A stretch of 51,592 nt of DNA, filler included, from Porpidia crustulata (Eukaryota): assembly GCA_964255105.1 (NCBI GenBank). It is 2 parts of 2 records of this genome, joined end to end, with 100 filler letters (N's around TTAATTAATTAA, not from the genome) between each part and the next. Parts side by side here need not be neighbours in the genome. Positions count along the whole stretch, not along the records: positions 1 to 25,747 come from CAXUWE010000047.1; 1 more part is not named here. One strand, given 5' to 3'. The translations under genes were made by a program, and so were the position numbers. This document shows, one piece after another, positions 12,844-23,808 of the stretch (positions are counted from its first letter, which is position 1; each line of letters starts with the position of its first letter). Under the pieces are notes generated by a model, which did not search any database, was not told the origin of the DNA, and saw only the letters and a program-made list of their open reading frames with translations.

Positions 12844-13555
12844 GCTGATCGTAAGATACAATGTCGCGGAAAGAAAAAATGAAATACAACAGAAGATCAA
12901 GATCCGCTAGCGATCTTAAAGAAAAGCGATAGGAGGACGTAAGGCATCGCTGTTCAGGAAGTAAAATTCCCATTAGAGCCAGTTCAAGTACAAAGCGGCA
13001 GGAGCAAGAGTGCGATTGGCGCGTATATCTTCCGGAGGCTGAGTACGCTTGGTAGAATCATCGAACGATATTCTTCCGAGAGCATTGCCTCCTCGAGCCT
13101 GCATGCAGTGCACGCGTGATACTACTCGGAGAACTTGTGCGAGTACAATCCTGGCTCGTTATTCCAATCCTCATCGTCGCTGGAAAAGGTCAGAAATTTC
13201 GAGAAGCTGATTCGAAGAGTGTCCTTTGAAGAAGTTGCAAGATTCGATACGTCGTCTCATGGATCTGATAAACGTTGAGCTAGCGGGGGTACTCCCGCTA
13301 GCCTACCGTGCATCGGCTGAACCGTTGCACTTAATTTTAACGCCCTTTAAAGACATATATGATATATGTATAGCTCTCTTTCAATATTACTGCACACTGC
13401 AAGAATATGATTCGTAATCCTGATTAAGAATGTTCACAAATCAGATTTTGAATCTGCAACGGTGCCGATGCTGTAGGCGGAGGTATCCGTTATCTAGCAA
13501 CACAGACTCCCCTGCACCTCCCCGCCAGTCCCTCGCTGTCGCTATCCCTGTGACT

Positions 13556-15065
13556 CACCTAAGTGGACTTCTCTTTTTATCCTTCTTTCATTTCATTTAC
13601 CTTCCGAAATTCTTTCATTGCGCAGTCATCTTCTGGCTATACGCTCGATCTAAATGTCGATTTTACGTCGTTACAGTCTTGAAGTTTTGCTTCCCCCATT
13701 CGTTCTCTTCATCATTTCTGGACTTCGGAAATATCAAAACAGGAGTATATTCTAGCGAGGAAAATCCAACGAAAATGCAAACATCGTCCTGCTAGACACA
13801 TATACAAGTGGTTTACCTCAGTAGGACAAACAGGCGAATCTCACCTCTATATACTTCCATCTTCTCTCTTAAGCGATGATTCTCATAACCCAATAGGCCC
13901 ACCGCAGAATCTACGCAGTCGCACCAATTGAGCTGCGCCCTTTACACCTGCAGCGTACGTACGTATTTCGCTACGTACTCCAAATTCGACAGACAATGGC
14001 TGATTGTCATCCCAGATCGAAGATGGTTGTCCGTCAGCTTTACTAGCTGGTCCCTCGCAGAGGAGGTATTTTTTCCACGCCCCTAAGGTGCAGAGCGGAG
14101 TTCCAGACATGATCATCGCTCTTTCGCTTCCAATCTCTATTGTCCGTTCTGCCAAACTCCTCCTTTTCCCTCTTCCACAAGATGAGGGTCTTCGTTAGGT
14201 GACCCATGCTGCCCGAAATTCATTGGCGTAGAAGTTTGCCAGCTGCTTTCCTTATGCGGCGCGTAGCTAGGATCTGTGGCTGTCTCATTTATCTGTTTTA
14301 CTGATTGTGCGCTGGTTGCTCTCAGCCTTATGAGTTCATGTTCTACGGTCTCGCCCATCTTCAAAGCGTCTTGGCCAAGCGGTCGAGCAACCTCCAGTAG
14401 TCGAGTGTAATCCGGAGGTGTTTTCTGGATTAAGTGACGTTTGAGAGGATCTGCAATCTCTTCTCGAAGCCGTCTATCAATGGTTTGAAGACTCATCATT
14501 GCTGAACCTAAAGGCTGTTCAATTAAATGTGCCAGGCAATCACTTCGGAGAGCATACCGAATATAGTGTAAGTCTCGCCACCGAGCTTCAGTCCACTTTC
14601 GAGCGCGCTGCATCTCATGGCAAGCTAGGCATCCTCTTTTCGTCGTAGAGAATCAATGAAGTCTTTGAATCGCCGAAGATTCAAGCCGGAATTACTACGG
14701 CTCCAAAACCGTAAACCATTTCCTTGGTCTGAGGTGATGGCATCAACTAGCTTGGTGATCTTGAGGCAAGTCTGAACATTCAACTCGAGGGTCTCGAATG
14801 TTTTCCTAGCCACATTTCTAACAGTAGATATATCTTCATCAAAACCTGGAAAGTGGGAGATATCTTGGGGATGTGAGGTTGCTGCCGCACGCTCCATTGT
14901 GCGAACCTCAATCGGACCACAGCGTAGAAGAGTAGTCTTAATGATGTAGAGGGGCACAGGGGGTGCAGCGCTATCATATAGCTGAATCACTATCTCCGGC
15001 AGCCTTACTCTGTAGGCGAGGTATTGGGTATGTCCCGATTGTGTCCGGACCAGCCCTTGGACCAC
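13556..15065 (-). pseudogene. Fragmented gene of unknown function
   Basis: Three consecutive minus-strand ORFs in different frames (15065-14625, 14613-14137, 14155-13883), then intron-like signals and a stop-containing exon down to about 13556. No motif recognised. Confidence 0.4.
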
Positions 15066-15132
15066 ACCAATAATCGCAAGCCTCTATCCATGAGAGTAAC
15101 TAATATAGGTGTAATAACTACCCATCTAGGTG

Positions 15133-15246
15133 TGGTGCCCGATAATCCAGGTGACACACGGACTGCCCGCTTGAGGGATACGGTAGGCTAGGGTAAACCT
15201 GCATAGATATGGTGCCCGATCATCCTGGTGGCACATCGGACTGCCC
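15133..15246 (+). repeat. Imperfect direct repeat, two copies of about 36 bp
   Basis: TGGTGCCCGATAATCCAGGTGACACACGGACTGCCC (15133-15168) versus TGGTGCCCGATCATCCTGGTGGCACATCGGACTGCCC (15210-15246). Confidence 0.85.
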
Positions 15247-15324
15247 TCGTACCAGCTTAAGAGCAAGTGAGGTGTAAAAGCTCCAGTACATTTGAAATGA
15301 GACTTGAAATTCTACAGCATCGCA

Positions 15325-16246
15325 ATGAATAGCGTCGAGAACAAAAGGAGCACACGTTTGCTGTCACTGGACATGAGCTACGCCCAACGTCTCTTCCGTT
15401 ATACGTATGCCTCTCAAAGCGAAGATGCCCATTTTCTTGAATTCAGGCTGTTACAAAGGTTGAGCCTCACACAGCTGCAAAATGAACTTGCGCGCCAAAA
15501 AGGAGATACATGGGAGAACATGGAAATTTCCGAAAGACTCTTCACGAATATGGTAAGATCCTCATTTCCATCGTTGTCGCGCCGCGCGATTTGAAGGTCG
15601 TACTTGATCACCGTTCTCATACTTGCGGACTCTTCATGACGGCTTCGACACCGCCAAAAACCCCTCTTGTTCGAAAAAGTAGACTTGCTATACGTGAATC
15701 GACCTCTAACAATGAGCAGTGACCGCCGTGAGGGATTATAAGTTCATGAGGGAAATGGATAATGCCACGCTGGCCAACGAGCGTCGTGCAGATCTTTCAC
15801 AAGCATTTCCAGAGATCGCCAACCACCCTGGTGACCCATTCAATTCGCGGTATTGTACATGGAAGACCCAAACACCTTCCGCCTCGGACCCTATACGCAA
15901 TTTTCTCAAGATAGTATTGCCTCGGAGCCTGACCTACACGAAGGCGGAAATGCTTCATCGAATGGATGATTACCTAGATCACCAGCCTTCGCAGGATATT
16001 TCACCTGTTGTTGATAAGATAGCGCGCTTCATAGTCGCCTTTGTTGGCGGTACAGCGCTCATAGTGCCTGTTTTCATAATGAGCTTCCGAACCACTCTGG
16101 CAGGCAAGTTGGCAACGCTCTCGGTAGCTGTTTTGTTGTTCGCTATGGCAGATGCTGTAGGATTCCGTGCAACGAATTCAGAAATATTGGTCTCAACCGC
16201 AACTTATGCAGCTGTTCTTGTCGTCTTTGTAGGTAGCAGTACATGA
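15325..16246 (+). pseudogene. DUF6594-family membrane protein, frameshifted in exon 1
   Basis: FRLLQRLSLTQLQNEL N-terminus; C-terminal TM block ending STATYAAVLVVFVG. The intron at about 15553-15718 joins LHEY to VTAVRDY, but LHEY is out of frame with the ATG at 15325. Confidence 0.75.
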
Positions 16247-16445
16247 AAACATCCCACGGTTGATTATACTTATGGGCCTTTTTTTCCTCGATATCGTTGC
16301 CATAACAAGAAGTTTGGACTAGACATAGACTGTAATTCACCGAAAACAGTTTGAAACTCTTCAGCCAATGAGTCGCATTGAAAATACACAAGCTACGACA
16401 TTTTTGGAGTTTGGAACTTGGCAGGCCGTTCCGGGATGGCCTTGG

Positions 16446-16692
16446 CACGCGGATAACAGAAAAAGCCGGACGCACAAATTGATTCCTGGCCCAAATTATC
16501 AAATTTTCTACCGAATTTTGGAAGTCATTCGCTCACGGAATTCGATTGCATTCACTTTAAACAGAAGTCAATGTATAAAGTTGCTACAGGCTCAGTCTCA
16601 CATTAATATATCTATACAAAACTTCAATGATATAATTGAAGAAGTCGGTGGAGGATCGATTTGTGCGTCCGGCTTGTTCTGTTATCCGCGTG
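16446..16692. mobile_element. MITE / non-autonomous DNA transposon with 34-bp TIRs beginning CAC
   Basis: TIR 16446-16479 (CACGCGGATAACAGAAAAAGCCGGACGCACAAAT) matches the reverse complement of 16659-16692 at 33/34. Flanks are CTTGG and CTCGG (4/5 TSD). The interior is AT-rich and non-coding. Confidence 0.85.
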
Positions 16693-17015
16693 CTCGGGAA
16701 TGAAAATCTCTGCAAGGTGGATGAAGGTCAAATTGCACGATAAGCGGCTCAAGGGCACAGGTGTTAGGGTATCGTTTTGGTGGGGCGCGAGATGCCTCGG
16801 TAACCCTTGAGTTTCTGGTGAACACCAAATGGAACTGTGAACCACTAAACGGTGCAAGTTTGCAGCAAAAAAAAACACGTAACAACAGGCACTTTCCTGG
16901 TCTCTTTATTACCGCAACTTCGCTCCCAGCATAAGATTTCTCGTCAAACACCAATCAGTGCAAAGACAATCTGCGAGCTTTGGTTCAGTATTTAGGGCTA
17001 AGCATTTCCATGATC

Positions 17016-17680
17016 ATGCCCGGTTTGCTAGCTTCTTGGATCCCGTGGGCTCTAACTCAGATTTGCTAGGCTCTTCACTTTGGCTACTACCTCCTCCTAC
17101 CGTTGAAGCAGCTTTCTCACAATTGACGCGCAAACGCATACCATCTGCATTCGGCTATTGCAACCCGTTGCCAATTCTTGCACCCCACATAACTCTAACA
17201 AGTGGTATACCTGATTCATTGACTGATAGCTCGGACAATACTCGACGGGAATGGTTCGACTCACTTCCACTGGCTCTTAACGCACCGCCAGTCGTGTCTA
17301 TTCAGTCTCTTGCAGTCGGTGATCGTGTCACGCAAAAGATTACTCTACTTGTTCAGAAAGAACCCTCGTTGGTTGATCTGGCCGTTCAAATTCGAGCAAT
17401 GGTCGTGGAAGGTGGCAGCATGAAGGCAGCACAGGAATGGGCCAAAACGATATGGATGCCTCACATCAGTTTGCTCTATGCAGATGCGGAAATTGGGGAA
17501 ATTGAACGATCACAAGCCAAGGAAATTGTCCAGGAGATTGGTATAGCGTTACAGGAGGAAGGAGCGGACCCGAGAAATACTGAGGAAATTCCATGGACCG
17601 GAGCAAAGGTATTATGGGTTGACACGAGAAAAGATATCCAAGATTGGACAATCATTGCGGAGAGGCCGCTCCCAATCTAG
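17016..17680 (+). CDS. 2',3'-cyclic nucleotide phosphodiesterase (2H phosphoesterase, CPD1-like)
   Basis: 7-nt first exon ATGCCCG, intron 17023-17069, giving MPGSSLWLLPP. Two HxT/S motifs: PHITL and PHISL. Confidence 0.88.
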
Positions 17681-18047
17681 AAAACCAGCAAGACTCTGTT
17701 CGACGTGTACAGCCATACTGTATGTTTTCTACGCTATTGATGAATTGTCTATGTATCACCAAAAGTGTAACATTCATTATTCAATTTTGAATGTAAGATC
17801 ATACTCATACACTTATCGATACAGTACTATCTTTTTCGAACACTCTGTAGCCTTTTCATGTTTACATGATGCGTTTCTAGTGTAACCCACCAAGACCTCT
17901 CAGCGTTCAAAGCCTCGGTCAGCCCCTCCAACCCTATATTGATTACCGAGAACATGAATTATCGCCTTCTTACAGTGAATGCCACTACAGCGAAACACCA
18001 ACTTAATGCCAAATTGGCAATTACAAAGCTGAGGTACCCTTGTCTCC

Positions 18048-19709
18048 ATGTCCAGTACGTCCAGCAATTCGTGGCTAGCGCTGCTGGACGAAATGAAGCA
18101 GCGCCTCCATCCGCGGCCGATTAAGCTCGTCACTGCAATTGGGAGCGAGGATGCGTTCCGAAATGCATTTGAGGACTTTGGAACGTCCCATAGAGAAATT
18201 GAGACTACGCGCCTCCTTGTTAGACTTTCTTTTTCGTTCGAGAACATCATCACCTTCGGCGAGGCTGTGGCCGGGCCTGTTCCATATCTAGAATCAGGGG
18301 CATTGACATCGTTTGTCTGGGGCGTCTCGTTCGCCCTGATCGAGGTCAATTCCCTGCAACCTCTTTGTAAGTCTGTCTAATCTTGTACAGGAAGGCTCGC
18401 GGACGAAAGCAAAGCTTGAATATCTCGTAAAGCTGCTATCCACTCTTAATTTGGCCGTGCCTGAGTTCGAACCATACAATGGGCCATTTGCAGAGGATTC
18501 AAACTTACAGAAGCCTTTACAGAGCTTTTCCTCTGTCTACGTCGATACTTTTTCATACATCTTAGCTGAAATTGCTCGAGAGAGTGTCTGTACGCCGGCA
18601 AAATCTGGCTACTACAAGTGTTCTAGATGCTGATGAACCCCTAGTGACTTCCGAGACCCCTATATCTGAGGCATCGCTACAAGCACATATCAAAGAAGCA
18701 ACCAAAAAATATGAGGATGCAAGAGTAGAATACATGGCAGTGGTGGATGAGGAGAAACAGCGCCGCAAAGCAAATCAACATTTGAGCCTAAATGACCGCC
18801 AAAAGGGAAATGTACACTCATACGACATCCATACGCAATTTGAGTTCAAACGAAGATTAGGCCGTGGCTCATCTAGTTGGGTTGATGAAGTACAGGAAGC
18901 TTCAACGGGCAACTTGTACGCCTGTAAGAGGGTGCATTTGGACGTCGAGTCATCTACCGCGCCGTGCGGGTTGGAAGAATTTGCCCAGGAAGAGGTCAAC
19001 ATCATGCGGAGATTGTGGCATCAGCACATTACTTCGGTCCTGTTCGGTAGCAAGGACCTCAATCACTACAACATCTTATGGTACCAGTAGCGGATTGCAA
19101 TCTACGAAGATATTTGGAGCACTGTACGGAATCAGGATACAAGCCGGCTGAGCTCAATCCAATATTTCACTGGTTCGGATGTATTCTTAAGGCACTTAAT
19201 CATGCGCACCATCTGTCGATCGAGCACAGAGATATCAAGCCTTCGAATATCTTGATTAAGGACAAGACTCCGTATCTAGCAGACTTTGGACTCGCAAAAG
19301 ACTTTTCGAAGCAAGAATATAGCTTTTCCGAGACGTCCTTGGTCGAAGGGACCCCGCAATACTTCGCACCAGAGTATCAACCTGGAGAAAGGTATGGCCG
19401 CATTGCTGACGTATTTGCATTGGGTTGCGTCTTTTCCGAGATGTTGACGGTCGCAAATTACAAATCATTAGCCGAATATAAAAATTGGCGGCGGCGACCT
19501 CAAGCCACGCATGAATCGTTTGCGTTCCGCGACAGTTTGCCGAAAGTGCGTGAATGGCTTTGGCGGATTGAAAAGAGTCAATTAAATGATATCCTTGTCC
19601 ACCAGACCTTGGAAATGCTCCATCAAGATCCCGAGCAACGCCCACAGCACAAGATGTCATACACGTCCTTCACAGACAACGCTCACTATTTTGCCAGGTT
19701 TGCAATTGA
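18048..19709 (+). pseudogene. Ser/Thr protein kinase with an N-terminal NACHT-associated (DUF7708-like) helical domain; two 1-nt frameshifts
   Basis: LGRGSSSWV, ACKR, QEEV, HRDIKPSNIL, ADFG, GTPQYFAPE, DVFALG. Frameshifts at about 19076 and 19643; correcting the second restores RPTAQDV...FCQVCN*. Intron 18345-18390. Confidence 0.8.
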
Positions 19710-19821
19710 CAAGAGGGTGTATCTGGAATGGTTGATCGTGTGGGACCCTAGGAAGTTAGAACAACGAGCAGAGACTAGGGCAACCAAATATTCCAGTCAG
19801 GTAGGAGGCTACTTACGACAT

Positions 19822-21171
19822 TTACTCTTCCACGGTCTTTTCCTCAGTTGCATCTGTCGCAAGCACAGGGCAGTCCAACTCATCTGACCATGGGATTGAT
19901 TCTTGAGCACCAATTGACTGAATAGTCCGGCTCGACGCTTTGCATCCGTATTCGACAGCCTTCCTGATATCCCAAAGCCCCATATACTTCTGTCTTACAA
20001 ATTGTACGGCATACGCACCAGTAAAAAGTATCGCTGTAACATATCCTCATGATGAGCAACGAGTTCCAGGAAGGGATAGGAGCAAGATAAGGCAAGAGCA
20101 CACAACAGAAAGCGACGAGAAAGGAGAGAAGCGGCGGGGGTATCAGTAAAAAGAATCAAGCCGGGCAGAGGACGAGACAAGGGGAGGAAAGACGTAAGCG
20201 GAAAATTCTTACCCTGCTCCTGTCGCATCCACAACGTTGACGTCCTTCTCCGCTTCCATATATCCCCTCTGACCGATCACGTTGCTATAGTACGCGCATT
20301 TGGCACCCAGCGTGATAACCACATTTTTGACACCCAGGTGGAGGAACTTATCCGTGGCCCTCGCCCATCCCTCGATATCATTGAGTTCATTTACCAGCAT
20401 ACCAGTCATCATGGCCGCCTCAGTCTCGTTCAAAATGAGATGAGAAATCATCTTGTACACCGGTTGGAGAAGATATTGCGCTGGTGACAGGTTCAATAAC
20501 GTACTAATACCGTTCGAGCTCGCAGTCTCCAATATTTGCTCCGTCGTCTTCCTAGGAATGACGAGGTTGCAAACGACAAGATCAGGGCGGTACCCACCCG
20601 CCAAACTCTCAAGCGTGAGGAAGTCGTCGGGTTGGAGATGGAGATTCGCGCCAGGATTGATAAGTAGGGTGCTCTCTCCAGTCTCGGTGACGACGATTCC
20701 AGTACAGAGCCCTGTTTGTTTGCCGTGTGCTATTTGCACGCCCGCAGTGTCGACGCCGTTCTCCTTCAATTGATTTATTAGATCCATGCCTTGCGTGTCA
20801 ATCTCACCACGCCTGTCATCATATCCTACGGCGCCAGTCATTCGAACTTGTACCGGTACGTCGCCATGGCTAGTGCTTAACGTGGCTGCTTCTGGTTGCA
20901 AAGTCCTGTCAATGTTCGCATCGCCAGCGGTGTTACTCTCGCTGTTGGGCAATCCATTGACAGCTGCCGCAGTCTCCTGGTCACTATTTTTGACAGGTTT
21001 CTTGCGACTTAGTCGTGCAGCTGCTACACATGTATTGGCGCCTTTACCACCGCAACGTATGAATAACCCGCTCGCGATCTGGCTTTGGCCTTGCTCCGGG
21101 AACTGGTGGGTCCTTACTTGATGGCCAGTGGCCAGGGAGCTTATGACCGCGATGATGGGAGGGGAGCTCAT
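19822..21171 (-). pseudogene. Ribokinase-like PfkB sugar kinase; +1 frameshift just after GDTF
   Basis: GGKGAN, NETEA, DATGAG|DTF across intron 20034-20212. Removing one base from the A5 run at 20023-20027 restores GDTFTGAYAV...GAQESIPW, ending at 19822. Confidence 0.8.
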
Positions 21172-21403
21172 CGCGATCGTATATAAAGTAAGGTCTTCAA
21201 GAGAGAAAAGTAAAACATAAAGCCGGAAATAGCAGTAGACAGTTATCAATTCGGTCAGCGGTTGATGTATTCAAAGGAAAGTCCGACAGAGATGGGAATG
21301 TAGAAGGACAATAGAAAGAGAGATTAGGCGGGGGTCATTCATCGGAGACTCTGTGAATGTTCAAGGTCAGTGAAGTCAGTTCTATGGAGACATATTCATC
21401 AAA

Positions 21404-21519
21404 ACATTCAATTTGAGTAATTAACTCCTTCAGTTTTCATTCACAGCTTATGTACGAAGAATGTGCGAGCGCGCATTCAGAACACGTTCACATAACGCTG
21501 TGATCAGTCAATTGAATGT
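21404..21519. repeat. Nested imperfect inverted repeat (foldback)
   Basis: ACATTCAATT/AATTGAATGT, TCACAGCTTATGT/ACATAACGCTGTGA and GAATGTGC/GCGCATTC are nested around about 21468. Confidence 0.6.
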
Positions 21520-22137
21520 AATTTTAACTTATCGAATCAAGTTCATGATGATGACTTCATGTAAGTGGCAGAGTTCGATGTTTCAATGAGGCTCAAGATA
21601 TTTCGATAGAATTGCCTTCACTGATTTTCGTCACTCCCTGCTGCTTCATTTCGAAATCTTCTGCTTTCAATGTCATTAGATCGGCGTCGTAAGTTTCGAG
21701 CCACACATCCTATATTCTGCGAGAACGCCTTCAAAAGCAGCGTATATGTATCAATGAGTGCATTAACAGTAAGCCATATCTGCGCCATACTCTCCAGCAA
21801 CCAACCCGACGAACCCAAGCACCCGAAATCACTCCCACAATAACGTCCCGACTCTCCATCCTCAGACTATCCGGCAACTACAAACCCCAAAACCGCTGCC
21901 AAACAACAATCCTCGAAAAAAGCAATAGTATCCCCGTTTTCGACGGACTAAATTTTCATCGCCGTTGTCGTAACAACTCGTCGACAATCGCCTTTTCCAC
22001 GCGTCCTTTCGAAAAAGCTGCAGCATAAGAACGGCGCTAAACCTACAGCAACGGACGGGATAATCGGGTTGAGGCTGGGGCTTCACTTGGTGTAGGGTGG
22101 TATTCGTGTAGATGGTTCTAGTCACCTCGGGGTTACC

Positions 22138-23686
22138 ATGACAATGTCCATCCTACAGGGTGGTCATTTGCCGGCCAACCTCAGCAGTATTCCAGGCATG
22201 CCGCCACCACCTGGTGAAACTTACGATTTCGAAAACCTTTACAATCGGGGAAAGACCTACACTGCTGTAGCTACAATTATCATTGTTGTAATGATCCTTT
22301 TTGTGGCAAACAGACAGTACACAAGATACTTTACTGTTCGTAAAATGAGTTGGGATGACTATAAGTCAAGCGAAACATTTCCGTAGAGCAAGCTCGAGAC
22401 GCTAACATTTATTCAAGTGACATGCTTTCTCGCCGCGGTAAATTACAGCATCATTTGATCATGAGGATTAGGATTGCTGACAGGCTCCTTCCGCGAAGCT
22501 TGCTGCTATCGGGTATTACACCAATTGCCTCTATGGTATAGTTATCACTCAGACGCTTCACGTCGAATGGAAGTTGACCACTAAACAGAGGTTAGAAAGG
22601 GGCAAATTTAGGACACATCAATGGATCGTGCCACTCACTTATCTAGCCAGCAATGGGTTTCTTGTTGTAAGATTAGATGTCATCTCATCAGGCGAACGGC
22701 AAATTGATACATTAATCTAGCTGAGCTACATCGGGGTCACCTTTGTGCCGCCGGCCATGATTTTCACAAATTTAACTTTTTATTGATGTATCTGCAGCTC
22801 TTTCACTCACTCAGATGGTTAAGAGTCTGCATTTATACAGGTGTTACTGCGTCTACGGTTTTCTACATGACGATAGGCATTTTCTGGATCGTATCTATCA
22901 CGCCCAGGAAGGGACACACCTTTGCATCGGTGGCAGTATCAGCTGCAGAATTCAAATCGTTGCTTTTGTCCTTTCCAACCGCTGCTACTGGATTAGGAAT
23001 CGACTTGTACCTTTTGGTCCTCCCTATCACGGGTGTATTGCAGCTTCAATTGAGCACTCGACGTAAGATTGTGGTTATTTTAACATTCTTGACAGGACTA
23101 GCGTATGATCTAAGTACCTACTACTGATCTTTATATCACCAATGACGACTTACAGTGCTTGTATAGCCTCAGCACTCAGCATTTATTATAGGACTCTACT
23201 AAACAAGAACGCTGATATTACCTGGAATCTCCTCTCCGTCAACATCTTGACGTATGTACTCTAACCCTATATCAAAGACTAGAAGAGAAGCTAACCAATC
23301 TTAGTATAGCTGAGATGAGTATCGGCCTCTGTTGTGCCTGTATGCCTGCGCTGTCCAGAAACGCTCGGTCATCATCTACCGCCCTGTAAGAGAGTCAAAT
23401 ATTGGCTGAGTTCACGATACGTTTTTATCAAATCGACGGGATCGAACAATCACTCAAGAAGCCTCGGAAGTTTAAAAGATATTTGAGGTCTAACAAGAGC
23501 AAGATGCCTGGAAGCGACGATTCCTATGTAGACCTTGAGGACAACAACATTGGACCGCATCGCTCAGATGTCTCGCTGTCTTTCTACAACGTGGGTTCAA
23601 CGAAGAAAGCTGCCCAACCCTCCATCCGTAGTGGAAAGAGTAACGTGGTTGGTGATGGTATTAGCTTCGAGATTGCATTTCAGTAG
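22138..23686 (+). pseudogene. Second PTH11-like / rhodopsin-domain membrane protein; disrupted
   Basis: PPPPG, WDD, HQW, IDLYLLVLPI, RRKI, EMSIGLCCACMPAL motifs. The first donor reads ATAAGT (22361); frameshifts at about 22600 and 23360. Confidence 0.8.
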
Positions 23687-23808
23687 CGTAGCCGGCAATT
23701 TGACTTTTGATTACTCAGTCCAGTGATTTCAATTTAGCCAGTCATCGAAGCCATTAAAATCCTGCTTCGATGCAAAATGCGAAGGATTTAAGATGAGTTG
23801 ATGATTAC

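Noticed and set aside
15133..15246. CRISPR-like repeat-spacer-repeat
   Set aside because: Only two imperfect copies, eukaryotic context, no cas genes.
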